Source of the DNA: an uncultured Gammaproteobacteria bacterium
Lineage (GTDB): Bacteria > Patescibacteriota > Microgenomatia > Levybacterales > GWA1-39-11
Direction of reading: 5' to 3'
NCBI GenBank assembly: GCA_964641355.1
Contig: CAZXND010000001.1
Location: 87,858 to 151,857 of the forward strand
Length of the DNA stretch: 64,000 nt
The first letter of the stretch is position 1. Each line of letters starts with the position of its first letter. The position numbers were made by a program, and so were the translations under genes. The notes beneath the pieces were generated by a model. It saw only the letters and a program-made list of their open reading frames with translations. It was not told where the DNA came from and did no database searches. This document shows positions 32,161 to 41,067 of the stretch, piece after piece.

Positions 32161-35100
32161 TTATTGAGCTGGTATTACCTCCTCTTCACCAAGTTCTTTT
32201 ACCGCTTCTGCTTCTGTGGCTATCTCTTCACCCTCAAGACTAGCCTTAAGCTCTTCTGCTTCTTTTTTAATCTCTTCTGCCTGATCTGATGTATCCTCTT
32301 TTTCTTCCTCAACAACTGCTCCCGTTGTCAAAATGTTCATAGAAAGACTTTGAAGTTCTCTTATTAAGACCTTAAATGACTCAGGAACTTTAGGAGTTGG
32401 GATATCAACACCTTTAATTATAGCTTCAAATGCCTTAGCTCGTCCAGCAACGTCATCAGATTTAATTGTAAGCATTTCTTGAAGAGTGTAAGATGCTCTG
32501 TGAGACTCAAGAGCCCAAACTTCCATTTCTCCCAAACGTTGTCCTCCCATTTGCGCTTTTCCACCAAGAGGCTGTTGTGTAACAAGAGAGTAAGGTCCAG
32601 TTGATCTTGCGTGAGCCTTATCCTCAACCATGTGAATGAGCTTCATAATATAGTTTATTCCAACTACTACTTCGTTTTCAAAAGCCTCACCTGTTCTCGC
32701 ATCAAAAAGTTTAACTTTTCCTGAAACAGGAAGACCTGACTCTTTCAAAAGATCAAAAATCTTATCCTCTTGAATTTTTTCAAAAACAGGAAGAGAAACC
32801 TTTTTCCCAAGTCTTTTTGCTGCCCAACCAAGATGAGTTTCAAGAAGTTGTCCGAGATTCATACGTGATAGAACAGAAATTGGAGAAATAATAATATCGA
32901 CAGGTGTTCCATCTTCAAGATATGGCATATCACTTGAAGGAACGATTTTCGATATAACTCCTTTATTTCCATGTCTTCCTGCTAACTTATCCCCAACGAC
33001 TACATGCCTAAGTTGTGCTACTTCAATTAAAATCTTTTTGATCGTCCCAGGTTCGAGCTCATCACCCTTTTCACGATCCAAAACTTGTACATTTATAACA
33101 ATTCCATGTTCTCCGTGAGGCATTCTAAGAGAAGTATCCCTTACTTCTCTTGCTTTTTCACCAAAAATTGCACGAAGAAGTCTTTCCTCTGCGGTAAGCT
33201 CTGTTTCCCCTTTTGGTGCAATCTTACCGACCAATATATCTCCAGGACTTACTTCTGAACCAATAACAACGACTCCTTCTTCGTCAAGATTTGCTAAATC
33301 TTCCTCTGCAACATTTGGAATATCTTTTGTAGTTTCTTCTGGTCCAAGTTTCGTATCCACAACAGTAGCTTCATACTTTTCAATATGGATTGAGGTCAAA
33401 ACATCATCCTTTACAAGTCTGTCTGAAATTACAATAGCATCTTCGTATCCAAGGCCATCAAAATTAGTATAGGCAATTACCAAATTCTTACCAAGTGCAA
33501 GATTTCCGTCTTCTGAGGCAGGACCATCAATGAGAAGTTCACCTTTTTTAACCTTTTGTCCTGCAACAACAACAGGTTTTTGACTGAAGAATGTATTTTG
33601 CGATGTTCTTTTAAACTTATCTATTTCATATTCAATTTCTTCTTTACCCTCAAGAACAAGCTTGTTAGCATCCACAAACTTAACTACCCCATCGAAAGGA
33701 GCTCTTACAATTCTCGACATTGCTGAAGACACTTCTCCCTCCATCCCGGTACCAACAATGGGACTCTCAGTCTTAACCAAGGGAACAGCTTGACACTGCA
33801 TGTGAGTACCCATAAGTGCACGGTTTGCCTCATCATGAGCTATAAAAGGAATAAGAGAGGCTGAAGTACCAACAACTTGTCTTGGAATAACATCGATAAG
33901 ATCAATTCTCTCTCGCTCAACCTCAAGATACTCCCCGTCAAATCTAGCTGGGATCATTTCATCAGCAATATAGCCATTTTCATCCAATCTTATGTCAGCA
34001 TGCGTTATGTAGTACTTAGATTCTTCGTCAGCATCAAGATATACAATCTCATCGGTAACTTTAATCTTTCCTTTTTTCTCCTTTAGAACTTTTCGATAAG
34101 GAGCTTCAAGAAAACCATATTCATTTACCCTAGTATACAAAGCAAGATAAGTAACAAGTCCAATATTTGGACCTTCAGGAGATCTTACAGGACAAATTCT
34201 AGAATATTGTGAGCTATTAATATCACGAATAGAGAAAGACGCTCTTTCCCTTGAAATTCCACCTGTTCCCATAACTGTTAAACGTCTCAAATTATCAATT
34301 TCAGATAATGGGTTTGTTTGATCAAGAATTGCTGATAACTGAGAGGTTCTAAAAAATTCATTAATTGAAGCAATTATTGGATGAGCATTGATAAAATGAG
34401 AGGGAGAGAACGCTTCATCAGTTGATGCAAGACTCATTTTTTCCTTAACTATTCTTTCAAGTCTCAAAGCGCCTACTCTAAAAGCAGTTGTTTGTACAAG
34501 TTCACCGATACTTCTAACACGCCTATTTGCTAAGTGGTCAATATCATCAACCTTTCCTTGATTGTTAGAAAGCATTATAAGATAAGAAATAATTCCTATA
34601 ATATCATCGATTGTAAGGGTAAAAGAATCTTGAGATTGGAAATTTGGAAGAATAGAAAGTTTCTTGTTTATTTTATATCTTCCTACTTTGCTCAAATCAT
34701 ATCTTCGTCTATCAAAAAATAGGTCTCGGAAATTTTGTCTGATCGTATCAATTACAATTGGCTCTCCGGGATTTAATTTTTTAAATATTTCAATAAGGGC
34801 ATCAGTGCTTCCTTTTGTTTCATCTTTCTCAAGAGTGTTTTTGACATAAACATCTGCATTTTCTATTCCAGCAAATTTTCCCATTATCTCCTCGTTGCCC
34901 TCAAGTCCAAGGGCCTTAAGGAAAACTGATACCAAAAACTTCTTTCTTCGATCGACTCTGACAACAACCATTTGAGTTCTTGTCGTTGAAAATTCGAGCC
35001 ACGATCCATGAACTGGTCTAAGCTCTCCTGTGTATAAAACTTTTCCTGTTATTGGATCTTCAACCGCTGTAAAGAAGACACCAGGAGATCTAACTATTTG

Positions 35101-35496
35101 ATTAACAATTACTCTTTCAATCCCATTTACGATGAAAGTACCACGATCTGTCATCTTGGGAACTTCACCTAAGAAAACGTCTTGCTTTGTTCTTTTTCCT
35201 GTTTTTTTGTTAACGAGGGTTGCTTCTACAATAAGTGGAGAGAAATATGTTAAACCTTTCTTGACCGCTACCTCTTCAGATATTTTAGGGCTTCCTAATT
35301 TATATTCACCTAAAATTAATTCCCAGTTCTTCCCTGTAAAATCTTCAATAGGAGATATTTCTTCAATTACTTCTTTTATTCCCTCTTTTACAAACCACTC
35401 ATATGATTCTTTCTGAATGGATAATAAATCTAATGAAGGAAGAGTTTTAAACTGTTTTCCCCAATATTGTGTTTCTAATTTTTTATCTTTTGCCAT
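32161..35496 (-). CDS. rpoB: DNA-directed RNA polymerase subunit beta
   Basis: 1111 aa with conserved beta-subunit blocks. A glutamate-rich C-terminal tail follows. Confidence 0.95.
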   Translation of the reverse strand: MAKDKKLETQYWGKQFKTLPSLDLLSIQKESYEWFVKEGIKEVIEEISPIEDFTGKNWELILGEYKLGSPKISEEVAVKKGLTYFSPLIVEATLVNKKTGKRTKQDVFLGEVPKMTDRGTFIVNGIERVIVNQIVRSPGVFFTAVEDPITGKVLYTGELRPVHGSWLEFSTTRTQMVVVRVDRRKKFLVSVFLKALGLEGNEEIMGKFAGIENADVYVKNTLEKDETKGSTDALIEIFKKLNPGEPIVIDTIRQNFRDLFFDRRRYDLSKVGRYKINKKLSILPNFQSQDSFTLTIDDIIGIISYLIMLSNNQGKVDDIDHLANRRVRSIGELVQTTAFRVGALRLERIVKEKMSLASTDEAFSPSHFINAHPIIASINEFFRTSQLSAILDQTNPLSEIDNLRRLTVMGTGGISRERASFSIRDINSSQYSRICPVRSPEGPNIGLVTYLALYTRVNEYGFLEAPYRKVLKEKKGKIKVTDEIVYLDADEESKYYITHADIRLDENGYIADEMIPARFDGEYLEVERERIDLIDVIPRQVVGTSASLIPFIAHDEANRALMGTHMQCQAVPLVKTESPIVGTGMEGEVSSAMSRIVRAPFDGVVKFVDANKLVLEGKEEIEYEIDKFKRTSQNTFFSQKPVVVAGQKVKKGELLIDGPASEDGNLALGKNLVIAYTNFDGLGYEDAIVISDRLVKDDVLTSIHIEKYEATVVDTKLGPEETTKDIPNVAEEDLANLDEEGVVVIGSEVSPGDILVGKIAPKGETELTAEERLLRAIFGEKAREVRDTSLRMPHGEHGIVINVQVLDREKGDELEPGTIKKILIEVAQLRHVVVGDKLAGRHGNKGVISKIVPSSDMPYLEDGTPVDIIISPISVLSRMNLGQLLETHLGWAAKRLGKKVSLPVFEKIQEDKIFDLLKESGLPVSGKVKLFDARTGEAFENEVVVGINYIMKLIHMVEDKAHARSTGPYSLVTQQPLGGKAQMGGQRLGEMEVWALESHRASYTLQEMLTIKSDDVAGRAKAFEAIIKGVDIPTPKVPESFKVLIRELQSLSMNILTTGAVVEEEKEDTSDQAEEIKKEAEELKASLEGEEIATEAEAVKELGEEEVIPAQ

Positions 35497-35602
35497 CTGG
35501 TACCTGGAAGCCTTTTCTACAAAAAAAGAAAACCCGTCAAGCGGCCTTCTTTAAAGAATAAAAAATAAAGGTATTTCTACCTCTATTTCATATGCAAGTG
35601 AA

Positions 35603-35631
35603 TTTATAATCTATTCACCCTCCAAAGTCAA
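35603..35631 (-). promoter_or_regulatory. Sigma70-like promoter for rpoBC
   Basis: The minus strand reads TTGACT, a 17-nt spacer, then TATAAA, about 105 nt upstream of the rpoB ATG. Confidence 0.55.
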
Positions 35632-35645
35632 TACCCTATAGTATT

Positions 35646-36602
35646 TTACTGGAGGAACCTTTCTATGTTCTCTTGGTGCTCTTCGTATGTTCTTGAATAA
35701 TGGACCTTACCATTCATGTCGTGTAAATAATAATTATACTCTGTACTAGCAGGTGAAGCAGCAGCTTGTATAGCAACTACTCCAGGATTAGATATTGGTC
35801 CAGGAGGAAGACCCGGATAGAGATATGTATTATAAAGAGATTTAACACTTTTATATTCATCAACAGTTACAGGGAGCCACCATTTATTCTTACTCAAACT
35901 AAACCCCTTTGCATATTGTATTGTAGCGTCTATTTGAAGAGGCATACCAGAACTCAGTCTATTTTTCATAATTCCGGCGAGAATCGGTTTTTCTTCATCT
36001 GTTATAGCCTCCCTCTCAACCAAAGAAGCAAGAATAATGATTTTATTTATATCAGAAGACTTAGAATCTAACCCAACTTTACTCAATTTTTTATCTAAAT
36101 TATTTCTCATAATTGAAATTATTGAGTCAATATCTGCATTTGTCGGAATCAAATAAGTATCTGGAAACAAATACCCCTCATTGGAATTTAATTTCTCTCT
36201 CCAAGAGTTATTGTATGTTTTAACACTTTTTTTGAGCAAATCAGCTATCTCTTCTGCCCGATAACCTTCGGGTACAGTAATCCATATATCAAGAGTGCCA
36301 TGGTGTAGTGTGTCCAAAACTTTCGAAAGATCCATCGATGGTGAAAGTTTATAATCTCCAGCTTGAATGCTTTTATCAAGACCTAATTTTTTAACGTAAA
36401 GGAAAAAAATAATTGGATCACGAATTAAACCTTCATCCTTTAAAGATTTTCCGATTTCCCTAACCGTCTCACCACGATTTATTACGAACAACTTTTCTTC
36501 CTTATTTTTAGAACTAACAGGGCGTGAACCGTTCACCCACCATAAAATCAAGCTTAAAAACACAAATGCAAGTAAAGTCGAAAAAATGAATCCTTTTTTC
36601 AT
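35646..36602 (-). CDS. mltG: Endolytic murein transglycosylase MltG/YceG
   Basis: 318 aa; N-terminal TM; YceG-like motifs LFPDTY and LPPGPISNPG. Confidence 0.75.
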   Translation of the reverse strand: MKKGFIFSTLLAFVFLSLILWWVNGSRPVSSKNKEEKLFVINRGETVREIGKSLKDEGLIRDPIIFFLYVKKLGLDKSIQAGDYKLSPSMDLSKVLDTLHHGTLDIWITVPEGYRAEEIADLLKKSVKTYNNSWREKLNSNEGYLFPDTYLIPTNADIDSIISIMRNNLDKKLSKVGLDSKSSDINKIIILASLVEREAITDEEKPILAGIMKNRLSSGMPLQIDATIQYAKGFSLSKNKWWLPVTVDEYKSVKSLYNTYLYPGLPPGPISNPGVVAIQAAASPASTEYNYYLHDMNGKVHYSRTYEEHQENIERFLQ

Positions 36603-36637
36603 TTGGTATATTCTAACATAATATTTTACTACCCAAT

Positions 36638-37909
36638 CTATACTATAGAATAAATCGGAAAAAGATTTTCTGAATCCCTTGCTTCCTTTAGATTAAACCT
36701 ACTTTGACTATAAAAAGACGCTAAAATGCTTCCCTTTTGGACCTTTTCCCCAACTCTTGTTCTCAAAAAAATTCCAGCTCTTTTATCGGTTGGCGCTCCT
36801 AAAATTCTCGCAATTATTGTTATATTCTTACTATCAATACTTTTAATCATTCCTGACTGGGAAGATTTTATTTCAATCTCAAACTTTCCGGGTTTTAATT
36901 TTTGAGAGGTTATATCAGGATCTCCATCTTGCGCTTCAATGATTTCTCTGAACTTTGATAATGCTTGCCCACTCTTCAATATTTCCTCTATCCACATTCT
37001 AAGACTTCCGTATTTACTCTCTATTTCTTTCTTTTTTATATCTCGATCGCTTAAACATAATCTTATTACGGCCTCTGCAAGATCCAGCGCTCTTTCTTCT
37101 AAAATTAATGGTCTAGTTGGAGTTTGCTCTAAAACTTCTAGTGCATCCTTTGCTTCTAGTAGAGGTCCGACTCCTGCTCCTGAAGGTTCATCTATTCTAT
37201 TAACAAGAACTTTTATTTCTATATCAAATTTTTTTGCTAAAAATTCGAATTTACTTTTTAAAACTTGTGTGTCGTCAATTTTTTGAACCTTCATTGCTTT
37301 TCCATAGGGAACTTCAATTACTACATGATTCGATCCGAATGCAATTTTTTTTGCCAATACAGATACTATTATTTTATCGAAGCTTTCAAAAAGAAGCGGC
37401 TCTTCCACTCTGATAATTTCATCATCGGCTGGAGCGATATTAAAACTTCCTCCCCAAACAATACACGCATTAGTTTTCTCTACAATTCTATATACATCTT
37501 TTTTTAAAAAATCAACTTTAGAAAAAACCTCCATCGAATCTGCTGTCCCTGCTGGTGTTGTAATGGCTCTTGATGAACTCTTAGGAATTTTGAAACCAGC
37601 AGCTGCAACAATAGGAACAACAACGAGGGTAGTTCTTCCACCAGGTGACCCACCAATGGAATGTTTATCTGCCACTATTCCCCTGAAATTTAGTTTTTCT
37701 CCTGTTTCAACCATTGCCTTGGTCAAAAAAAATAATTCCTCATTTGAAAAACCTTTTGAAAAACCTGAAGCAACAAAATATGTAGTTAAAACATCTCCCA
37801 ATCTATCTTCTGCAATTTGATCCATGATTGCATATATCTCTTTATAAGAAAGCTTCTTACCTAAAAGTTTTTTTCTAATTGCCTCAAGGGCTAAATTTTT
37901 TTGGTCCAA
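36638..37909 (-). CDS. Pyrimidine-nucleoside/thymidine phosphorylase family (AMP phosphorylase-like)
   Basis: 423 aa; glycosyltransferase family 3 motif ADKHSIGGSPGGRTT and a C-terminal PYNP domain. Confidence 0.7.
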   Translation of the reverse strand: MDQKNLALEAIRKKLLGKKLSYKEIYAIMDQIAEDRLGDVLTTYFVASGFSKGFSNEELFFLTKAMVETGEKLNFRGIVADKHSIGGSPGGRTTLVVVPIVAAAGFKIPKSSSRAITTPAGTADSMEVFSKVDFLKKDVYRIVEKTNACIVWGGSFNIAPADDEIIRVEEPLLFESFDKIIVSVLAKKIAFGSNHVVIEVPYGKAMKVQKIDDTQVLKSKFEFLAKKFDIEIKVLVNRIDEPSGAGVGPLLEAKDALEVLEQTPTRPLILEERALDLAEAVIRLCLSDRDIKKKEIESKYGSLRMWIEEILKSGQALSKFREIIEAQDGDPDITSQKLKPGKFEIEIKSSQSGMIKSIDSKNITIIARILGAPTDKRAGIFLRTRVGEKVQKGSILASFYSQSRFNLKEARDSENLFPIYSIV

Positions 37910-37917
37910 AGTTTTTT

Positions 37918-38124
37918 CTAATCCTCTAACTTAATTTGTCTCATAGCATATCTACTGAAATTTTTAATCAGCCGTGTTAACTCAAAAAATAACATATTAA
38001 TAAAGCGAACAATAAATGGTTCTGCAAGAAAAAAAAGATATTTAATTCTCTCCCAGATTTTGTTAATTAATAAAATTAATGAATTTGAGTTTTCTGTTTC
38101 GAATTCTAGTGTTTCTTCTGTCAT
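37918..38124 (-). CDS. Small hypothetical protein (68 aa, partly hydrophobic)
   Basis: ORF overlapping the sortase stop by 4 nt; no known motif. Confidence 0.3.
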   Translation of the reverse strand: MTEETLEFETENSNSLILLINKIWERIKYLFFLAEPFIVRFINMLFFELTRLIKNFSRYAMRQIKLED

Positions 38125-38852
38125 GAGTTGTCCATATCATCTAATCTTGCTTTTATAATTAATCTTTTCCAGGTTGTTCCTGGCGGCGTGCATGTAACAA
38201 TTGTTAAATAGCTCTCATCAAGTGATTGCGATAAAATATTTGTATCCTCTGGGTCCGTAATCGTTATTGAAAACACTTTGTACTGAAATTCTACTCCATT
38301 TACTTTAATTAAAACCTTATCTCCAACCTTTAAAGTATGAAGAGTTGCAAAAATAGCTTTATAATTTTTGGGGTCAAACAACTGAGGAAGAGTAGAGTGT
38401 CCGAAAATTACAGCATTTCCTTTTTCCGGAGGCGTAGAAGTTCCAAGATACTGTACAAGGTGTTTTGAAAGATCATAATCACGCGTTGATACTTCCGCAT
38501 CTAAGATCTTCAATCTTGGAATTGAAAATAAATATGAATCAACTTTTTTCTGATCGTATTGGTTTTTAATTTCAGGATACCAGTTTCTTGCATCAACATA
38601 ATCTGATCTAAACGAATCTAATCCCTGAGAGATCAAAGTGCCTATCCCCGTCTTTTTAACAAGATACTTTGGAACTGGAAGTTCTATTTCATTTTGAGCC
38701 AAAATCGGTGAGAGGAAAATCTGATAGGAAATCATAGGAAATAGAAAGTATGAAGTTAAAATGAATCCAAATAAAATTAATAAAGTGCCAAAAACTTTGA
38801 TGGAAACTTTTTTATATTTTTTCTTTCCCTTGACATAGTAATACTTACTCAT
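38121..38852 (-). CDS. Sortase family transpeptidase
   Basis: 243 aa; N-terminal TM, catalytic His in VIFGHST, and the TLxTC motif LTIVTCTPPGT. Confidence 0.75.
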   Translation of the reverse strand: MSKYYYVKGKKKYKKVSIKVFGTLLILFGFILTSYFLFPMISYQIFLSPILAQNEIELPVPKYLVKKTGIGTLISQGLDSFRSDYVDARNWYPEIKNQYDQKKVDSYLFSIPRLKILDAEVSTRDYDLSKHLVQYLGTSTPPEKGNAVIFGHSTLPQLFDPKNYKAIFATLHTLKVGDKVLIKVNGVEFQYKVFSITITDPEDTNILSQSLDESYLTIVTCTPPGTTWKRLIIKARLDDMDNS

Positions 38853-41067
38853 TTGATCGAATTAATAAATTGATATTCTTAGAATTAGTGGGAAGTTTGT
38901 TTGGAAATAACGGCAATTTATTTTTTAGTACAATCATGAAAGAAGAAACTCCCTTGGTATTATCCAAAATTTCTTTTGCATCGTTTATATTCTTACCTTT
39001 TAATTTTTCCGCTATTTCATCTGATTTTATTTTTGGAACAAAAACTGCATCCGCAACAAGCTTTGCTTTAATTTCACCATTCTTCTGGGTTTCAAAATTA
39101 GATAATTTAATTTTTGAATCTTCAGAAACATAATTATAATTTGAAGGAATTCCACCAGAATCATCTCTAATCACCTTCTCCAAATCAGAAACACTATACT
39201 TACCTACTTTAAAATTAATTTTGACTGCTAAATGCAAATCAGAAGACTGATCTCCTTTTTTCTTACTAAAGTTTTTAGCCACATACTCATAGTCAAAACT
39301 CTCAGGCAATAATTCTTCATCAGTAGCTTTTTGAGATGAAGCCTTTTCAATTGCTTGTTTTTCAAGACTACCAAATACTTTTGCTTCAAGAGTATCAAGA
39401 TCCTTTTGAGATACAGTCTTTATTTCTTTTTTTGTTCCACCAGAAAAAGCAGAATCATTTTTTGCGAGCACATCAGATTGTGAAAAGTCTCCGACACTAA
39501 AGTTTGTTCCAGAAGGAAGATTATATTCCGTACCAAATTTTGAAGCTTCAATTTTTACCTTTGCACTTGGAGGGGTTATAGCACTAGCACTAAAAGATGC
39601 AACAGAAACATTATCTACTAAAATAAACTTTAGGTTATTAGAAGATGTAATTACACTTCCTTTGTCAAAAGTTCTTTTTTGATCGGATTTATTGTAAACA
39701 GTAATTTCGCCCGTTGATTTATCTCCCGTTTCAGTTATTCCAGTAACATCGGCATCCCCTTCTCCACTTATTTCCTCATCAAAAATTGACACCTTAATAG
39801 AATTTCCTGAGGTAACTTCATTGGATGAAAAAACTAAATCAGATTTTTCATTTACAGACTTTCTGTCAGTAAACACAGAAATGTCCGCTTTAAGAATTAA
39901 TCCATAATACACAAAAGAGAATAAGAATAAGAGAATTAAAAAAACTACAGGGACCACCAATAACCCTGCTTTTTTCTGAGTACTAAAAACAGACGGTAAA
40001 TATATTTTTGGAAAAGAAATTTTTTCTGTTATATTTGAAATTCTCGAAAAAACACTTTTAGCTACTGGCACAGATGAAACATCATTAATTCTAATGTCTT
40101 CTACTTTATTTTCTCCCTTATCAAACTCCGGAATTATTAAATTACTTTCTTCATTTATAGACACTGGGGAAGCTTCATCTTCCACAGTATCCTCTTCTAC
40201 TTCGCCCTTAGCAAATTGAATATCTTGATCCTTTACAAATCCGAATTCTTGAGATTCAGATGTCATCAGTTTTTCAGCATTCTCCTCAACGTCCTTTCCT
40301 GCCTTTATCTCCATCTCAACACGATATCCCATTTGATTTCCAACGCCAGATATTATTGCCTCTTTCTCAAATCCCTTTTCAAGAACAACTGTCTGAGGGA
40401 TGTGTAAAAAAGGCAACTCTTTACTCCATTGATACGAAAGAAAACTCTGCTGAATTTCTTCTGCCTGCTCATAATCGAGGAGAACTATTTTAGAAGGTAA
40501 TACTTCAACATTTTCTATCTTTTTAAGCAGTTTTTCAACTGACCTCGGTAAGTCATCTTCCACATCACCACTTCTCGCCTCAATAACATTATCGTTTTTA
40601 ACGATATAAACATAAATTTTTCTTCCTCCTATTTCAACAAAAATCGAAGAAACTGGTGCACCTTCGGATTTCTTTACAAAAGATGTTATTGCCTCAACTG
40701 AAATTATAAAACCTATGGGAGTAAGGTCTAGTGCTTCACAAATACTTTTAAGTTTTGCGAGATATTCTTTTTTTATTTTTCCAGCATCAACCCAATCGTA
40801 AGGAACAGCAAAAATTGTTTTATTTAGCGGCACCCCTTCAGGAAGGCTTGTTTCTACGAAACTGATAACCTTATCTGATGCTGAGAGAATATCTTCTTCT
40901 TCAAAAGTGGAATTATTTAGAAGCTCGTCCTTTGTGGAAATAACGTGAAGGGACTGTCCTAGTTTTTCAAAAAGTATCGCTCCAACATTTCTAGAATTAA
41001 TAATTAAAGAAAGAAAATATTCTCTTTCCTCTTTCTTTTTATTTAAAAGCTTAGGCAGATTTATCAT
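38845..41067 (-). CDS. Bitopic membrane protein: cytoplasmic actin-like (PilM/FtsA/GspL-like) domain, one TM, then a large S/T/K-rich extracytoplasmic domain
   Basis: 740 aa. The first ~230 residues follow a PilM/FtsA-like strand pattern (VGAILFEK..., FAVPYDWVD, ICEALDLTPIGFIISVEAI, SSIFVEIGGRKIYVYIV); a single TM (LLVVPVVFLILLFLFSFVYYGLIL) lies near residue 370; about 350 aa follow outside the cell. The fold assignment comes from pattern only. Confidence 0.35.
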   Translation of the reverse strand: MINLPKLLNKKKEEREYFLSLIINSRNVGAILFEKLGQSLHVISTKDELLNNSTFEEEDILSASDKVISFVETSLPEGVPLNKTIFAVPYDWVDAGKIKKEYLAKLKSICEALDLTPIGFIISVEAITSFVKKSEGAPVSSIFVEIGGRKIYVYIVKNDNVIEARSGDVEDDLPRSVEKLLKKIENVEVLPSKIVLLDYEQAEEIQQSFLSYQWSKELPFLHIPQTVVLEKGFEKEAIISGVGNQMGYRVEMEIKAGKDVEENAEKLMTSESQEFGFVKDQDIQFAKGEVEEDTVEDEASPVSINEESNLIIPEFDKGENKVEDIRINDVSSVPVAKSVFSRISNITEKISFPKIYLPSVFSTQKKAGLLVVPVVFLILLFLFSFVYYGLILKADISVFTDRKSVNEKSDLVFSSNEVTSGNSIKVSIFDEEISGEGDADVTGITETGDKSTGEITVYNKSDQKRTFDKGSVITSSNNLKFILVDNVSVASFSASAITPPSAKVKIEASKFGTEYNLPSGTNFSVGDFSQSDVLAKNDSAFSGGTKKEIKTVSQKDLDTLEAKVFGSLEKQAIEKASSQKATDEELLPESFDYEYVAKNFSKKKGDQSSDLHLAVKINFKVGKYSVSDLEKVIRDDSGGIPSNYNYVSEDSKIKLSNFETQKNGEIKAKLVADAVFVPKIKSDEIAEKLKGKNINDAKEILDNTKGVSSFMIVLKNKLPLFPNKLPTNSKNINLLIRSNE

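Noticed and set aside
32418-32627. 69-aa minus-strand ORF inside rpoB, plus small plus-strand ORFs inside rpoB/rpoC (28776..28958, 29575..29760, 30061..30279, 33877..34086, 34534..34849, 35132..35416)
   Set aside because: They are alternative frames within rpoB/rpoC with no motifs. The long polymerase frames are intact.
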